Assembly: GCA_043228905.1 (NCBI GenBank)
Contig: JBHGNT010000007.1
Coordinates: forward strand, 17,236,001 to 17,300,000
Length of the DNA stretch: 64,000 nt
Direction of reading: 5' to 3'
Source: Azolla caroliniana
Taxonomy: Eukaryota; Plantae; Polypodiophyta
The notes under the pieces are model-generated. The model ran no database searches, was not told where the DNA came from, and saw only the letters and a program-made list of their open reading frames with translations. Below, in pieces: positions 46,201 through 59,760 of this stretch. The position numbers were made by a program, and so were the translations under genes. How positions within the stretch are numbered: the stretch's first letter is position 1; each line of letters begins with the position of its first letter.

Positions 46201-46687
46201 TCCCCTTTCCAGGCTTTCCACCCACGCCAAGAAGTCCCGCCTCGACAGCCGAAGCGAGTCGTCAAACCCGTACTTCTCGAGGAGCTGCAGCTCGAACTCC
46301 TCCCAAGTCTGGCATCCGGCCAACACCTCGAGCACCTCCGCGTGGATGCCCGGCATCACCACCTGAGGGAATCCGGACAGCCGCCTATCCACCGGGATAT
46401 CCCTCATGATCATTTCGGCCCGGTAAGCCTCCAAATAACTTGTGGCGTCTTTCCCTCCGAAATGGCCTATAGAGCCAACGATCGATTCAATGACTCTGTC
46501 GAGGGTACCCGTCCCCTCACGAGCGCTCACCAGCCGATTGACGGCCACCGCCATTGCCTCTGCTAGCTCCGATCCCCTCATCTTTCGACTCCTTTGCCAC
46601 CCCGTTCACTTTGGGTTCACCAAAGATGTCGCATTGTTACGCGCGTGCGTGTAGAAGAGGCGGGACCACGTGGGTCTTGAACCGAGG

Positions 46688-46727
<40 letters not shown>

Positions 46728-47349
46728 AGATATGCGGAGCGAGAAGGAGAGATATAGAACGTAACACTTGATTTCAATAACAAGAGATTACAATAACAGG
46801 AGACTACAATAACAAGAGGTTACAATAACAAGAGAATACAAGAGGTTACAAGAGAATACGACTCTGACGGTTACAACCGACAAGGCTGCGATGGACCCGA
46901 CCCGGGGATCCTACTCACACACACAGACAACACTCGCTCGAATCCCAAAAACAAAACAAAGGGGGAGAGACTCTGCTGGAAGCACACGGGCTGTCCACGA
47001 AGCAGAGGCAGCGAGCTCCCGACCCACAGAGACCGACGGCCGGAGGAGAAGAGAGAGCTCGGCCATCAGATCTGCAGCAGCACTTCGTCCACCCTAGCGC
47101 GCGATATCCCCCTCTCCCCTCTCTCTTCTCCTTTTTATATCCCCATCCCCTTGTCAATTAACTTTATTCCATGTCCCTCCTGACAGAGATACGCACAATC
47201 CCCTAATAAATGTGTACTACTTAGTATTTACATCCACCGATCCATTTATGAATCGTGTACAAAATATCAAGTTACGCATCCATCCGTGTAAGAGCCGTTT
47301 CATGCGCTTTTCTCTCTGATTCCGCTTATGGCCGGTTTTCTTCACGACA
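40246..47349 (-). mobile_element. Ty3/gypsy element D, full length but decayed, tRNA-Trp PBS, 4-bp TSD
   Basis: LTRs 40246-40918 and 46627-47349; TSD ACGC at 40242-40245 and 47350-47353. gag-CCHC (CMWCDAVGHIRKDC), PR (LVDHGS), RT (LPQGGTNS, PFLDD), RH, INT. Confidence 0.93.
40988..46581 (-). pseudogene. gypsy D gag-pol, fragmented by stops and frameshifts
   Basis: ORF fragments 46015-46581, 45382-45810, 44455-45204, 43145-43696, 42056-43135, 41588-41848 and 40988-41524 lie in gypsy order. Confidence 0.9.
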
Positions 47350-49542
47350 ACGCGGTTCTTGGCGAACTGAATGTTGCTCATGTTGTCACAATAGAGCAGG
47401 ATCAGGGTTAGGACCTCAACCCGTAGGTCTTATAGCAGTCACCGAAGCCAGATGGCTTCACAGGTGGCATTGGTAGCGGCCCGATATTTAGCCTCAGTGT
47501 TCAATAGAGCCACTGTTGGCTGCTTTTTGCTGCTCCACGTAACAACCGCGCTACCCAGAGAAAACATGTAACCGGAGGTGGATCGGCCATCCGATGCATC
47601 ACCGGCCCAGTCGGCATCGGTATATCCGACTAATTCTTCAGTTATACCATGCCAGTATAACAGTCCCCGGTCCTTCGTGCCGCTCACATACTGGAGTATC
47701 CGGTGTGCGCATTGAAGGTGCTTGACGATCGGCTTCTGCATGAACTGGTTGATCACTCCGACTGGGTAACTGAGGTCGGGTCGAGTGATTGTCAAGTATA
47801 TCAGGCTTCCAACGATTTGTTGGAAGCGTTTCTCATCGTAGGCTGGTCCGGAGTTGGGACAGAGCTACTGGTTCCAGTCCAGGGGCGTGGAGATAGGTTG
47901 ACACTCTGTCATACTGAACTTGTACAACATATTCAACATATAGTGTTGTTGTGAGAGCAATATGCCGTCGGGGGTTCGGATCACCTCGATCCCAAGAAAA
48001 TAATGAAGGTCCCCTAGGTTCTTCATTTCAAATGCATCCGACAGCTGGGACTTTACTTGGCCGATTTCATTGAGTCCGGGTCCGGTGATGACTAAATCAT
48101 CAACATAAAGAAGGATGCAAACCGGACCGCCCGGACCTTGCCAGATGAACAACGATGAGTCGGATTAAGAGGTCACAAACCCCATCTTTCGCAACCGGTG
48201 CGCAATCTGCCAAGACACCATCCATATGGTTTATTGGAACCATTACCATTTCCAAGCAAGCCGTGGTAGTGAATTTTGTTATTGCTAGGGCCAGACAATG
48301 GCCTAACACAAGGTGTCCCTCTGAGACACTTCACCAAAGGGTGAGATAGAATTAGACCGACGGTTAATGGAATCCTGATTAGTCATTAAGCAGCAAGATC
48401 ATTAGGCATGATACACGCGTAGGATAAATTACACTTAGCACAGAACGGTAATTAACACTTGATTAAAATCCAGAACAGCAGCACTCTATTAATTATCCGC
48501 TAATGATTACAATCTAGCTGGCCCTTTTTATAGGTCTCCGGCTTTAGGTACAAACCGGTGCCAACCGGCAACCGGCTACGAACCGGTCCGGATCCAGATC
48601 GGCGTATCGATTCCATGTCCATCTGTTCGCTTCTCAAATCATAATAATTCTATATAAATATATAATCAGCTCCCGGTTAGTAATTATCCCCTCATTTCCC
48701 ATTCTGGACTTCCCTTGCCAGCCAGCTAGCACATGGCACACCCATGGGACAGTACCTTGTACATCGAATCCCACTATCCGGCTTTCATTCATCCTCCAAA
48801 ATGTCCAGAATACTCTTAGCACATAACGGTAATTAACACTTGATTAAAATCCAGAACAGCAGCACTCTATTAATTATCCGCTAATGATTACAATCTAGCC
48901 GGCCCTTTTTATAGGTCTCCGGCTTTAGGTACAAACCGGTGCCAACCGGCAACCGGCTACGAACCGGTCCGGATCCAGATCGGCGTATCGATTCCATGTC
49001 CGTCTGTTCGCTTCTCAAATCATAATAATTCTATATAAATATATAATCAGCTCCCGGTTAGTAATTATCCACTCATTTCCCATTCTGGACTTCCCTTGCC
49101 AGCCGGCTAGCACATGGCACACCCATGGGACAGTACCTTGTACATCGAATCCCACTATCCGGCCTTCATTCATCCTCCAAAATGTCTAGAATACTTTGAT
49201 CTAAGGGTTCCAATGGTTCCTCGGGAAGTTGTTCTGTCGTCGGCTGTTGTTGTTCCTGCGGCTGTGGCGGCTCCTCTTGCCGTGCCAGCTCTGGTTGTGG
49301 CTGCTGCTGGTTGACATTTGTCGCCTGCGACTCCGTCAATCTGACCGACTCTTCCTACTTTTTCGGCTCACCCGGCCTTGGCGTCTCCGTCGGTCTCACC
49401 AACTCTGTCTCCATTTCCGGCTCAACTGATCTTACCGGTTCTTCCTCCTTTTCCAGCTCAACTAGCTTGGCGTCTCTTGGTTCTACTATCCAGCGTGCCC
49501 CGGTGCCTGCCGATGACCTTCCTTTAGCGGCTCCTCTTGAGT

Positions 49543-52286
49543 AATATCTGGTTGGCTTTCCCTGGCTTTAATCGGCGTTTGTTTTGAAGATGGCTCCCCA
49601 TCACTTATGCTAATCGCTACAGTTTTCTTGGCCACTTCTTGTCGTCGTCGTTCCCGCTCCTACTTCTCGAAGCGAAGTTGGTTGTCCAATTGGTCATCAT
49701 CCAGTTGTGCCACCAACTGGCATACCGCCCCCCTCTGCTCATCAGCCAAGGATAGGAAATCATTCGACAGTTCACCCTTTATTGTTTTGACAATGCTTTC
49801 TCTATCCAAGATGTAAACTTCGTCGTCTTCTTTCCGTCGGTTTTCCGCATCTGCCCGCAACAACTGTAGCTCGGCTACCTGCTTAGCCTACTTCGACCAC
49901 CACTATACTGAGCTTTCTTCCACCAATTGCTTCGTTCGATTCTTCCATGCCAGTACGATGTCCCGGATCCGCCCCAGTCCCATCTTCGACTTGTTTTCCG
50001 CGGCGTGTTTTTTGTCCTTCAATTGTTTGATCAGGCTTGCGGTTGCCACTTCTTGGCTTCTATAGTGCACGAGTTGGGTTTGATATGTCGTCTAAACTCT
50101 GTTCAGAGTCATTGTAGCGCGCTCCGTTTCCGCATGGTGCTGCACTTGTAGGTCCAATCACTCTTTCGTTGCCGCCGCAAGTTGTTTCGCTTGTTCAGCT
50201 CCCTTCGACTGCTCTTCCATCAATGCCGTCATCAACCGGTTAACATCCTCTTGGAGTTCTCTGCACTTTTCTTGTTGCCTGTCACTTTCGGTAGTCAATT
50301 TTTTATGATCGACATCCAAATGCTTATAATCCTGGTGCAGTTGGTCAAAGTTGTCGGTTTTCTATTTGAGCTTTTGATTTATAAGCCGGCGAGCGCGGTC
50401 CTCACGGTCTTTTTGTTGCCGGAGCTCTTCTTTGAGGCGCTCAATCTCTACTTCCGCCGTCCTCCGAAGTTTCTCTTTTTCTTACAAGACTTTGTCTTTC
50501 TCTTCTTTCAACTGATCATACGCTTGATGCCCTCTTCTCAAGCTTTCCTCTGTTCGGCGGAGGCTGTCGGCCGTTCTCCTTTGTTCCTCTTCCGCCGCTT
50601 TTTTCAATTCTCGTTCCCTGGCACGTAAGGCTGCTTGTGCTGCCAGGTCTTCCCTTAGTGTGGCAAGCTCCTGTGCGGACGATTCATGACTATCTAGGCC
50701 CGCCACTGTCACCGGGGTTTGATCGTTCTGTCGAGCTACCAGTGCCACCGGTTTTGATTGTTGTGGTCCTTCTATGGCCAACTTGGCCATGTCCATTCTG
50801 GCCTTCTCTATGTCTTCTTCCATGCTCCGGATTCTTGACCAGGCCGTCTCTAATTCCTCAGTTGTGGCTAGCAACCGGGCTTCCTGTGCTTTTTCTTCCG
50901 CTTCTAACTGGCCGACAACACCAGTCACTTGTTCTACTACCCATCAGAGCCATCAACTGCCGGTGCCTTGTGGTCGTGTCGGTTCTGGTTGTGGGATGGC
51001 GTTTCCACTGGTCACGAGCCCACTATTGACGGTTACGTCACACAACCGCTCCCGTTCTGGCTGTTGTTGCGGCGGTGATGCCGGCAATTCAATGACCGGT
51101 TCTTGATTCATTGGGTATTGTCGTGTCCTGTACTGCTGGTTCCGCAATGTCTTGCCGCAACCCTTGCTTCGTTCCTGATTCTTGTTGAGCCAGTTCTGTC
51201 GCCTTCCTCGGTTGCGGCTCCTCAAGGGAGGGTTCCTGTCTATTGTCCTCCGTTAGCCTTGATCTTCCCCCTTCGTGGCCCTTTTCTCTTGTCTGGCGAC
51301 GCCGTAGCAGTGTCTCGGTCGGGTCGTCTTCCTGTTGTTCTTCTTCCAGGGTCTCGTTGCTAATTACCACCACCAAGGGGTATTGCCCCTACGCTTTCTC
51401 CGGTTGTTGCTCTGCTTGTTGTTCCGACAGGCGCTCTCCCCAAGGTGTCCACCGATGCCTCCTTCTCAGCCAGCCACTTCCGATTAGGTCGTTCCTTCGC
51501 CTGGGTAGCCAGGAGTTGCTACCTTTTTGAAGTTGTTTTGGGGGTGGCTTTTGTCAGTCTTCCCCTCTTCCTTTGTTTCATGGGCTCCACCGGCGATGCT
51601 AACAGAGTGAGCCATTGCACCACTGTCGTCCACATCTTTTTGCCATCTTTTACCGAGACGATGGCAGCGCTGAGGTCGTCGGCAATCATTACCGGCCAAT
51701 CCACCTGTACTCCCTCGTAGGTGGCTATGATCAGACCGGCTCTATTCCTGGGCATCGCTGGCGGTCAGGGGTACACATGGCCATATTCGTGGAGTACCCG
51801 AGAAATTTCCCGAAACAAGAGATCTTCAACGCCTTGCGTGCAGTATGCCTTGCTGCCCAGGGAGTATTCCCCAAAATACCTCGTCAGCAGCTCCGGCGAA
51901 GGGTTGTCGATCGAGTAGATTCCCCCTTCCGGTAGGCCGAACATGGCTCGGATGGCTTCCTCGGTGATGACCTCCGTATCGATGTTTTTAACAACATTTT
52001 CCGCATCTCCGTGTGGCAGTGCTTCGACAATTCGCAAGAATCCCTCCAGACCGTGTTGCTTGAGCCATTTCTTAGCCGCTTCTGAGAGTACCATGCATTC
52101 CATGTCGTCTTCGAAGTCGGTAGGTTGTGGTAATATGGGTGCGCCTACGTGCTTTGCGTGCTCTCGCCTGATCACTCGTAATCGCCTTTGGACACTTAGA
52201 TCTCTGTGTTTGTGAAATGAAAAGGACTCTACGCGGCGTGGGTTTTCTTTCTCCATGCGTGGCGCCTTTTCTTGATTCCCGCGCAT
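49543..52286 (-). pseudogene. Extra ORF 3' of integrase in F (Athila ORF2/env-like position; coiled-coil C-terminal half)
   Basis: Same-strand fragments 51765-52286, 51519-51755, 51089-51376, 50482-50928 and 49660-49863. Confidence 0.7.
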
Positions 52287-52471
52287 GCACTTCCTGTACT
52301 AATATAGCAGTCGGTTGACACGTGATGCGCTTGTCTTTAAAAGTTTTAATTAGCCACCCACCACACCTTTCCAAAGTGCCTATTTGCTCCTCGCCTCTGC
52401 ATGATAACTTTTCTTTTTTTCTTTTATTTATTTATTTATTTATTTATTTTTATTTTTTTAATTGAGTTTAG

Positions 52472-55400
52472 TTAACCGAAAGCACCGAGTCCATACCCCG
52501 GTTTTTTCCCTTCTTCACATTTGTCGGCCACCTGTTTGTCGTTATCCGGTACCACTGGCTCCAACTGACTGTCGGGTACTTTTTTCCTACTTCCTACTAT
52601 TGTATCAGCCTCGGGCTGCTCGAACGAATTTTGTGGCATGGGTCCACAATATGGTTTGATTCGGAACCCATTGACCCATTTGCCCATTATCTCACCGGCG
52701 AGCATTCCGAGCAGGTATGAACCGTTGAATTCTCGCGTTATCCAATATGGTCTGGTCCACCGGAACCGTAGCTTTCCCGGCATCTAACCCATCCAGGTCT
52801 AGAACACAAGTACCGGCTTGCCGATCCCAAACATCTTCTCATTGCCCTTTCGGTGCCGATCGACAAATGCCTTCCTTCGTCGCTACTCCAGTTCCACCTG
52901 CATGAGACTTGCTATCCGATGTTCCTCGAGTTCGCATAATGCGGCTAACCGGATCTTTTCCAATTCCTTTTCACTTAGTCATTCTCTAACCTGTATCCGC
53001 AAACTCGAAACCTGAAATTCGATCGGCATTACTACTTCAAGCCCAAATGCTAACCGGAATGGTGTTGACCGAATACTCGTTTTGTATGCCGTCCGGTATG
53101 CCCATAGTGCACTATGCAGCTTGGTGTCCTAATCGGTCCGGTTTTCATTGACAATCTTTCGCAAGATGTTTTGGAGTGTTTTGTTCGTGGATTCGGCCAA
53201 GCCATTGGCCTGTGGATACTAAGGGGTACTACGCTTGTGTACCACGGCATAAAATATTGTTAAGCTCTTCACTACTTACCCGAGAAAATGTCCGCCTTGG
53301 TCGCTAATTAATTCAATCAGGCATCCATACCGGCACTAGATGTACTCATATAAGAACTTTGTCGTCGAAGCCACAGTGTTGTCCCGCAACGCCTTGGCTT
53401 CTACCCAGTTGGTGCAATAATCGGTGGTGACTATGACATATCTGTTGCCGGTTCTCATTGCCAGAGGTTTAAACAGCCCAACGAAATCCAGCCCCCATTT
53501 TTGAAATGGTTCTAGGGGTAGCACCGGCTGGTGAGGCATTCTTGCCTGTTCTGTTGGTTGGCCCATCCGTTGACATAAATCACAAACTTTCGCGTACCGA
53601 ACCGAGTCCTTCAGTGTCGTCGGCCACCATAGCCCGTTGTGCCATATCTTTCTCGTCGTAGCATCCCCGGCATAGTGCCCTCCGGCAACGCCATAGTGCG
53701 CTTCTCGTAATATTGTGTCCTTTTCGTCGCTTCGCACTGCTTGCCACCATATGCCATCCGCGCCTTTGTGGTACAGGGTGTCTTGTAGTAGACAAAAATG
53801 CCAGCTTTGTACCGCTAACCGCTTCCGCTCATCCCGGTTCATCTCCTCCGGTGGGAGTCCCGTGCTTAGGAATTGATGCATGTTGGTTAGCCACTTGTCT
53901 TCGTTGACTACCGTGCTATCGGCTGCCGTTTCGACTGTTACTTTAAATAACTCAGCATCCGAAAACTCATCCGGGACTCCGTCTCTGGTCTCACCAGAGT
54001 CTAACCGGCTCAGATAATCGGCAACCGCATGCTGTATCCTCGGCCGGTGATATATTTCGAACTCGAACTCTTGTAGCAACAATGTCCATCGGGCCAGCTT
54101 GCCGGTAAGTGATGCCTTTGAGACCAAATATAACATCGTTGAGTGGTCGACATGGAAAGAAATTTTCCTTCCCAATAAATAGTGCCTGAACTTGGTAACA
54201 TTGTAAATCATCCCTAAGGCTTCTCTTTCCGTTGTTGAATAATTCCGTTCTGCCTAGGATAGTTTTCGGCTAGCATAATAGACTGGTCGATACCATTTTG
54301 GTTCAGTCAGTTGCATTAGTGCGTTGCCGATTGCTATGTCGGACGCATCCACGAACACGTGGAATTCTTTCGACCAGTCCGATGGTTGCACCACCGGTGC
54401 TTATGATAGCAGTACTTTCAGTGCCCGGTAAGCCTCATCCTCGATATTCGTCCATTGGAACGGTGTCCGGTGAACCGCGGCATGCAATGGTGTAGCAAGA
54501 TCGGCCAAATACCGGAGCATCTAGCTATGCCATCGGATTTTCCCTAGAAACGGACTCAAGGCTTTGGTCGTCGATGGTGGCAGGGCTTCTAAGATTGCTT
54601 TCACCTTATCGGGGTCTACGACGATCCCGTCCTTGCTGACAAGATGGCCTAGCAATGCGCCGCTTGTTACTCCGAACACACACTTTGCTGGATTCAGGCT
54701 TAACCGATAACTCCTACATTTCTCAAGACATAGCCGGAGGTGTTGGAGATGTTCTCCTTCTCGGCTATACATGGCGAAGTCATCCAGGAATACCTACATG
54801 AATGCCGGAATGAACTCGCCAAATATTTCCATGATTATTCGTTGAAAGGTCATTGGCGCGGTCTTGAGCCCGAACATGATTACCACTGCGACAAAGACTC
54901 CCCATTTGGTGACGAATGTTGTCTTGTCTTGATCGTCGGGGTGCATCCTCATCTGATTGTAGCCGTTGAAACCGTCTAGGAAGCTATACATTTCATGACC
55001 GGCTACCGCGTCCAGCACTCCATCTGTAAACGGCACTGGAAAGGCGTCTGTCCATGTCACCGCATTGAGTTTCCGGTAATCAACACACACCCAGATTTTA
55101 CTGGTTCATACCGCCATCTCCCTCTCCAGAGCTTCCTATGCTTGCCGTAATTCTCTGATAGCTTCCCAATCCAATTCCTTGATGGCGTCGTCCGATTGCA
55201 TTCTATATGGTGACACTGCTTCTGCCACATCGATTTCAAATAGGGGTACAATTTTTGGGTTTTCTTCTAAGTACTGGTCGACCTCTTCATCCGCAAGCCC
55301 CTCGAGCATGTTCACACCTTCCGTATATAGCGGCGTCAGCTCCTTGCTGGTACTAACTCGAGGGTTGGTAGGTACCCTTATTTTTGTCTTCCCTCATCAG

Positions 55401-57856
55401 AAGGTAATCATGTTTTTCCGCCAGTTTTGTTTGATATGCGCCGTTTTAAGCCCTGGGCGGCCCAGCAACAGCGGGTAAGCGCCTTGCGCATTGAGCTGGA
55501 GAACCACTGCCGAAATGCGGAATGCGTGACCTCCAATAGTTACATCTAGATCCCGTATCAAACCGGTAGGTCTTACCGAACTTGTATCCGCCATCCGAAG
55601 CCAAAACGGGCAAGGCTCCCATTCCTGGATTCCCAGGGTATTACAAGTCAGTAAACTGATCACGTTCATGCCTGATCCTCCATCCACAATCGTCCCTTGT
55701 AGTTCTTGTCCTTTAACGATGGCGGTGATTGCCGGAATGTTCATGTCTACCACTGTTGGCCCTTCTTCCGGATTTGAGAAGAACGCAGGAGCCGACAATG
55801 GAATTGATGTGGGCATTCCTGATGTCAGCCCTTCCGTAAACCGGGGCACTAGTTGTAATAACCGATCCAATGGCAGCGTAATCTGACATTCTTGTAACGC
55901 TTGCCATGTTGGGTTTTCCGGCTGAATTGTGTCAGTGACCCCTTCCGGTTTCTCCTTTTGTTGTTCAAGCTCAGCCACATTATGCTCATTTGCCTTCTTC
56001 ACCCACTCGGTGGCTTGCTTTCGGATTGCCTCTTGTGTTTCCCACTCCGTTGTTTTGCCTTTTGCCCTAGTGTTGACTTGTTGTATATCGGCAACTTCAG
56101 CTACCACCATATTTACAACTGGTCTTTTCTCGTAGCTTTTAACTGTCCTTCTTGCTGGTAATAGTAGCAGTACGCTTTTCGGGTGTTGCTAGATTCGGCG
56201 TTCGTTCCGGTACCCGGTTGAGGTCCTATTGGTGGTCGGTTAGGTGCTTGGTCCAGTTGGGTACTCGGCGTGCCCTTGTCTGGCTGCCATTGGTGGTCCT
56301 CCTTTCTAGCGTTCCATTTTTTGTTGAAGCATTTTTTGTTCTGGTAACCCTATCGGGGCCGGTTTTCATAGTTGCCTTGATCCTCCCTTCGCTGGTTGTA
56401 ACCGGGGGAGTGATCCCGGTTGTATCGCTCATATCGTTCACCGTTGTAATCTCGGTAGCTATCCTGCCAATCTCGGTCGTGAGCGTCCTTTCTGTCGTTA
56501 TTCCGGATATCTTGCGTCGACCGGGAACGCTCGTCTCGCCGCCAACGTTCTTCTTCCTCCTCCCGGTTGCTCTGGGGTTCGATTTGCCTTACCGGTGCCG
56601 CTTGTCGGTTCAGGAAGTTATATTCTCATCGGTCCATTGTGTGCGTTTTGGAGTGGCATAACATGCACTGTGTCTGCATGGTACATTCTATTGTCGAGTG
56701 CCCGGCATTGAGATAAGTCGTACATTGTATACCTTGCCGAAACCGTAGGTCTTCTTCTATTGGTAATGTACGCATGAGTGCCCCCATTGTTAGCCACAAG
56801 CTTGTTTTCTCCATCTCCCTGACCCTTTTTATGACTTGGTCAATCGTGCTGGTGCAGAAATCGATCATTGCGCACACCGTGCGCAGGGGTTCCCAGAGTG
56901 CGGCTAGGAATATTGATTTCGCCTCCTCCTCCGATGGTGCCCAATTGAGCTAACTATGCATTCGCTGGAACCAGATTACGAATTGTTGAATGGTTTCCAT
57001 AGGTTCTTGCCGTATGGTGTCGAGAGGCCGACCATCTCCCGTTGATCCACCTCTTTGTTGAAGAACTATAAAAATCTGGTTTTTAAGTCCTCAAACATCG
57101 TGATGGTGCCGGGAGTGTGCATCAAGCGCCATCGAGCGGTTGGTTCTTCCAAGGTCATGCCGAACTCTACAATCTTCAAGCGTTCTGCTTCGGCGGCGGT
57201 CAAGCGTTGTGACACATGGTTTGCTTCCCATGTTTGCAAAAATGCATAGACATGAGCTTCAGCGTCCGGATCATCCCGGTACTTGGGATATTGGAACGGC
57301 ATGTCGTCGTCCGGTGTTGGAGGTCTCCCCTCCTCTTCTTTCAGTGACAGAGGTCTCTCCTCCTCTTCTTTCGGTGTCGGAGGTCGTTCCTCCTCTGCTT
57401 TCGGTGTCTCTCGTGGCGGTGTCGGAGGTTGATCCACCACTTGCCGGTCTAGGGCTTCCAGTTCCGTTAACTTTGGTTCTGGTGTCGGCAAGGTATCTGA
57501 CTGCTCGTCCTTCGGTCCGTCTGGGTATCGTGGCTGCTATGGTAATTCGAATGGGCGCTGCATTCACCGTCAGAATCCGATTCGAAGGCCGAGAATGGTT
57601 CCGAATCACCTCCCCCTGTCGCTAATGCCTGCAGAATGGATTCCGCGTCCCGGAGACTACTCAAGCTGCTTCCTTCGTCCGGTTGGGAAGTCTGCTGCCC
57701 GCGGAGTGACTCTATGGCCACTCGCCGGATTACTTTGGAAAATGACTGATCCGCCCAGATCTCTTCTACCGCATGTTGGAAAACCTCTTGCTTTCGCAAT
57801 CGTTCAGCAAGTCTTCTTGCTCGCTCTGTAACTGGGTCGTTTGTTGGTCTAGTCAT
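52472..57856 (-). pseudogene. gypsy F gag-pol (PR-RT-RH-INT), disrupted
   Basis: IVDGGSGMNV, CVDYRKLN, FLDGFNGYNQ, FVDASD, KWGLDFVG, KLRFRWTRPY. Confidence 0.92.
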
Positions 57857-58374
57857 CCATGCTTGCCGTTGTTCGTTGCGTTTGTGCAGGAATCGTGGTC
57901 GCCAAAAACTGTGTTATCGCTAGGGCCGGACAATGGCCTAACACAGGGTGTCCCTCTGAGACACTTCACCAAAGGGTGTTGCGGTGAGATAGAATTAGAC
58001 CGATGGTTAATGGAATCATGATTAGTCACTAAGCAGCAAGATCATTAGTCATGATACACGCGTAGGATAAATTACACTTAGCACAGAACGATAATTAACA
58101 CTTGATTAAAATCTAGAACAACAACACTCTATTAATTATCTACTAATGATTACAATCTAGCCGGCCCTTTTTATAGGTCTCCGGCTTTAGGTACAAACCG
58201 GTGCCAACTGGCAACCGGCTACAAACCAGTCTGGATCCGGATCGGCATACCAATTCCGTGTCCGTCTGTTTGCTTCTCAAATCATAATAATTCCATATAA
58301 ATATATAATCATCTCTTGGTTATTAATTATCCCCTCATTTCCCATTTTGGACTTCCCTTGCCTACCGGCTAACA

Positions 58375-59132
58375 AATTTCTCTAGATTTTATCACAGATC
58401 TTCTAGTTGCAAAGGGATTCGATGCAATCTTAATAGTAGTAGATCGATATACTAAGATGGCACATTTCCTGCCTTGTACTAAGGAAATCACTAGTGAAGA
58501 AACCACCGAAATTGTCATGCGTGAGGAATTTCAGCATTATGGCCTCCCAGATAGTATCATCAGTGACCGTGGACCTCAATTCGTCTCGAAATTCTGGAAG
58601 CATCTCTTCAAAATGCTCAAGGTCACGTATAACCTCTCCTCCGTCTATCACCCTCAAACAGACGGACAAGCAGAACGAACAAACCAAATGTTGGAACAGT
58701 ATCTTCGGTGTTTTCTAAGCTATCAAAAGGATGTTTGGGCGGATATTCTCCACTTTGCCGAATTTGCTTATAATAACTCTATCCACTCATCGACTAGGTT
58801 TACACCATTTTATGCTTATACATGCTATCATCCTCGGTGATGTGTATTCGAAACTCCAGAGTTACACACAAATCCTCGTGCAGAGGATCATTTGGAGCAA
58901 GTACGCAAGATACAGGCAGACATATCTACCTATTTACATCAAGTTTAACAAACACAGAAGGATTATGCGGATCGTCATCGGCTTCCATCATGTTTTAACA
59001 TTGGAGAGCAGGTATGGCTATTACAACGACACATCAAGAATACTCCACCATGCGATAAATTGGATTATCGACGATTAGGTCATTTTCGTATTATCGAAAA
59101 AATTAATGATGTCACTTTTCGTCTTGATCTAG
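58375..59132 (+). pseudogene. gypsy C integrase (continues from 48210-48276); chromodomain and PPT region missing
   Basis: PYGLLEPLP..PW / ISLDFITDL, SDRGPQF, HPQTDGQAER, EFAYNNS. Confidence 0.9.
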
Positions 59133-59414
59133 TGTCATGATATAGGATGGTATGGCTTCAAAAAGATTTGAACCCATGACCTTGTGTCACATGGGTTAAA
59201 GCCCTACCATTAAGCTATACATTGTTATTTCACTTAAGAAATCCATGTATATTCTAGATTTCTCTAGAACATTCTAGGAATGTCAAGAATACTCCTAACC
59301 ACACTATAAAAAGAGGCACATGGCATTATTGAGAACCAATTCAGTTCAACGCCAGTCTTAAGCCTCCTAGTTGTTCTTGTATCTTTCTCCTTATAATATA
59401 TATCTTATATTGCC

Positions 59415-59468
<54 letters not shown>

Positions 59469-59564
59469 GTTCCACACCATCTTTTCCTCTTAAGTACTCA
59501 TAATACTCATCCTCCTCTACCTCTAGTACTAATTCCCTCTCCGTCTTTAGTACTATTCCTGACA
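59133..59564 (+). repeat. 3' LTR of gypsy C (intact, 432 bp)
   Basis: TGTCA...TGACA; gives the empty-site reference for the 5' LTR insertions. Confidence 0.92.
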
Positions 59565-59760
59565 ATACCAAGATATTTAAAGCTTTGAACAAATTATATA
59601 TGTTCACCTCTATATGTGAGCATAGGGTAATGATTGGATTGTATGGTTTGCGTTGCCATCATTTTTGTTTTCTCCACATTCATTGCTAGTCCACTACTAT
59701 GGCAAATTTGTTCTAATACCCCAAGTAAATGTTGCTTACTATCAACCTCCTATAAGAAAA
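59565..59760 (-). pseudogene. Old LINE RT fragment (upstream part of 24400-24645)
   Basis: rc translates to LEQICHSSGLAMNVEK...FVQSFKYLGI. Confidence 0.75.

Larger units (their letters stand above)
38984..48209 (-). mobile_element. 5'-truncated Ty1/copia E (3' LTR ~38984-39430, RT/RNaseH remnants 39431-40245 and 47354-48209), interrupted by gypsy D
   Basis: PPT rc CTTGAGGGGGAG at 39431-39442. Motifs LLYVDD, YTDADWAG and FHARMKHIEVHYHFVRE. Related to copia H. Confidence 0.88.
48277..58374 (-). mobile_element. Ty3/gypsy element F (Athila/Tat-like non-chromovirus) with extra 3' ORF, inserted in the integrase of C
   Basis: LTRs 48277-~48731 and 57912-58374; TSD AATTT at 48272-48276 and 58375-58379. 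PBS TGGCGACCAC (tRNA-Arg-like) at rc 57895-57904. A ~380-bp tandem duplication lies at 48435-49195. Confidence 0.92.
24646..59564 (+). mobile_element. Ty3/gypsy element C (Tcn1/Tf1-sushi chromovirus-like), decayed, host of ~30 kb of nested insertions
   Basis: TSD ATACC at 24641-24645 and 59565-59569. The 5' LTR survives in three pieces (24646-~24740, 29375-29605, 36633-36741) that match the 3' LTR at 59133-59564. Confidence 0.9.
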
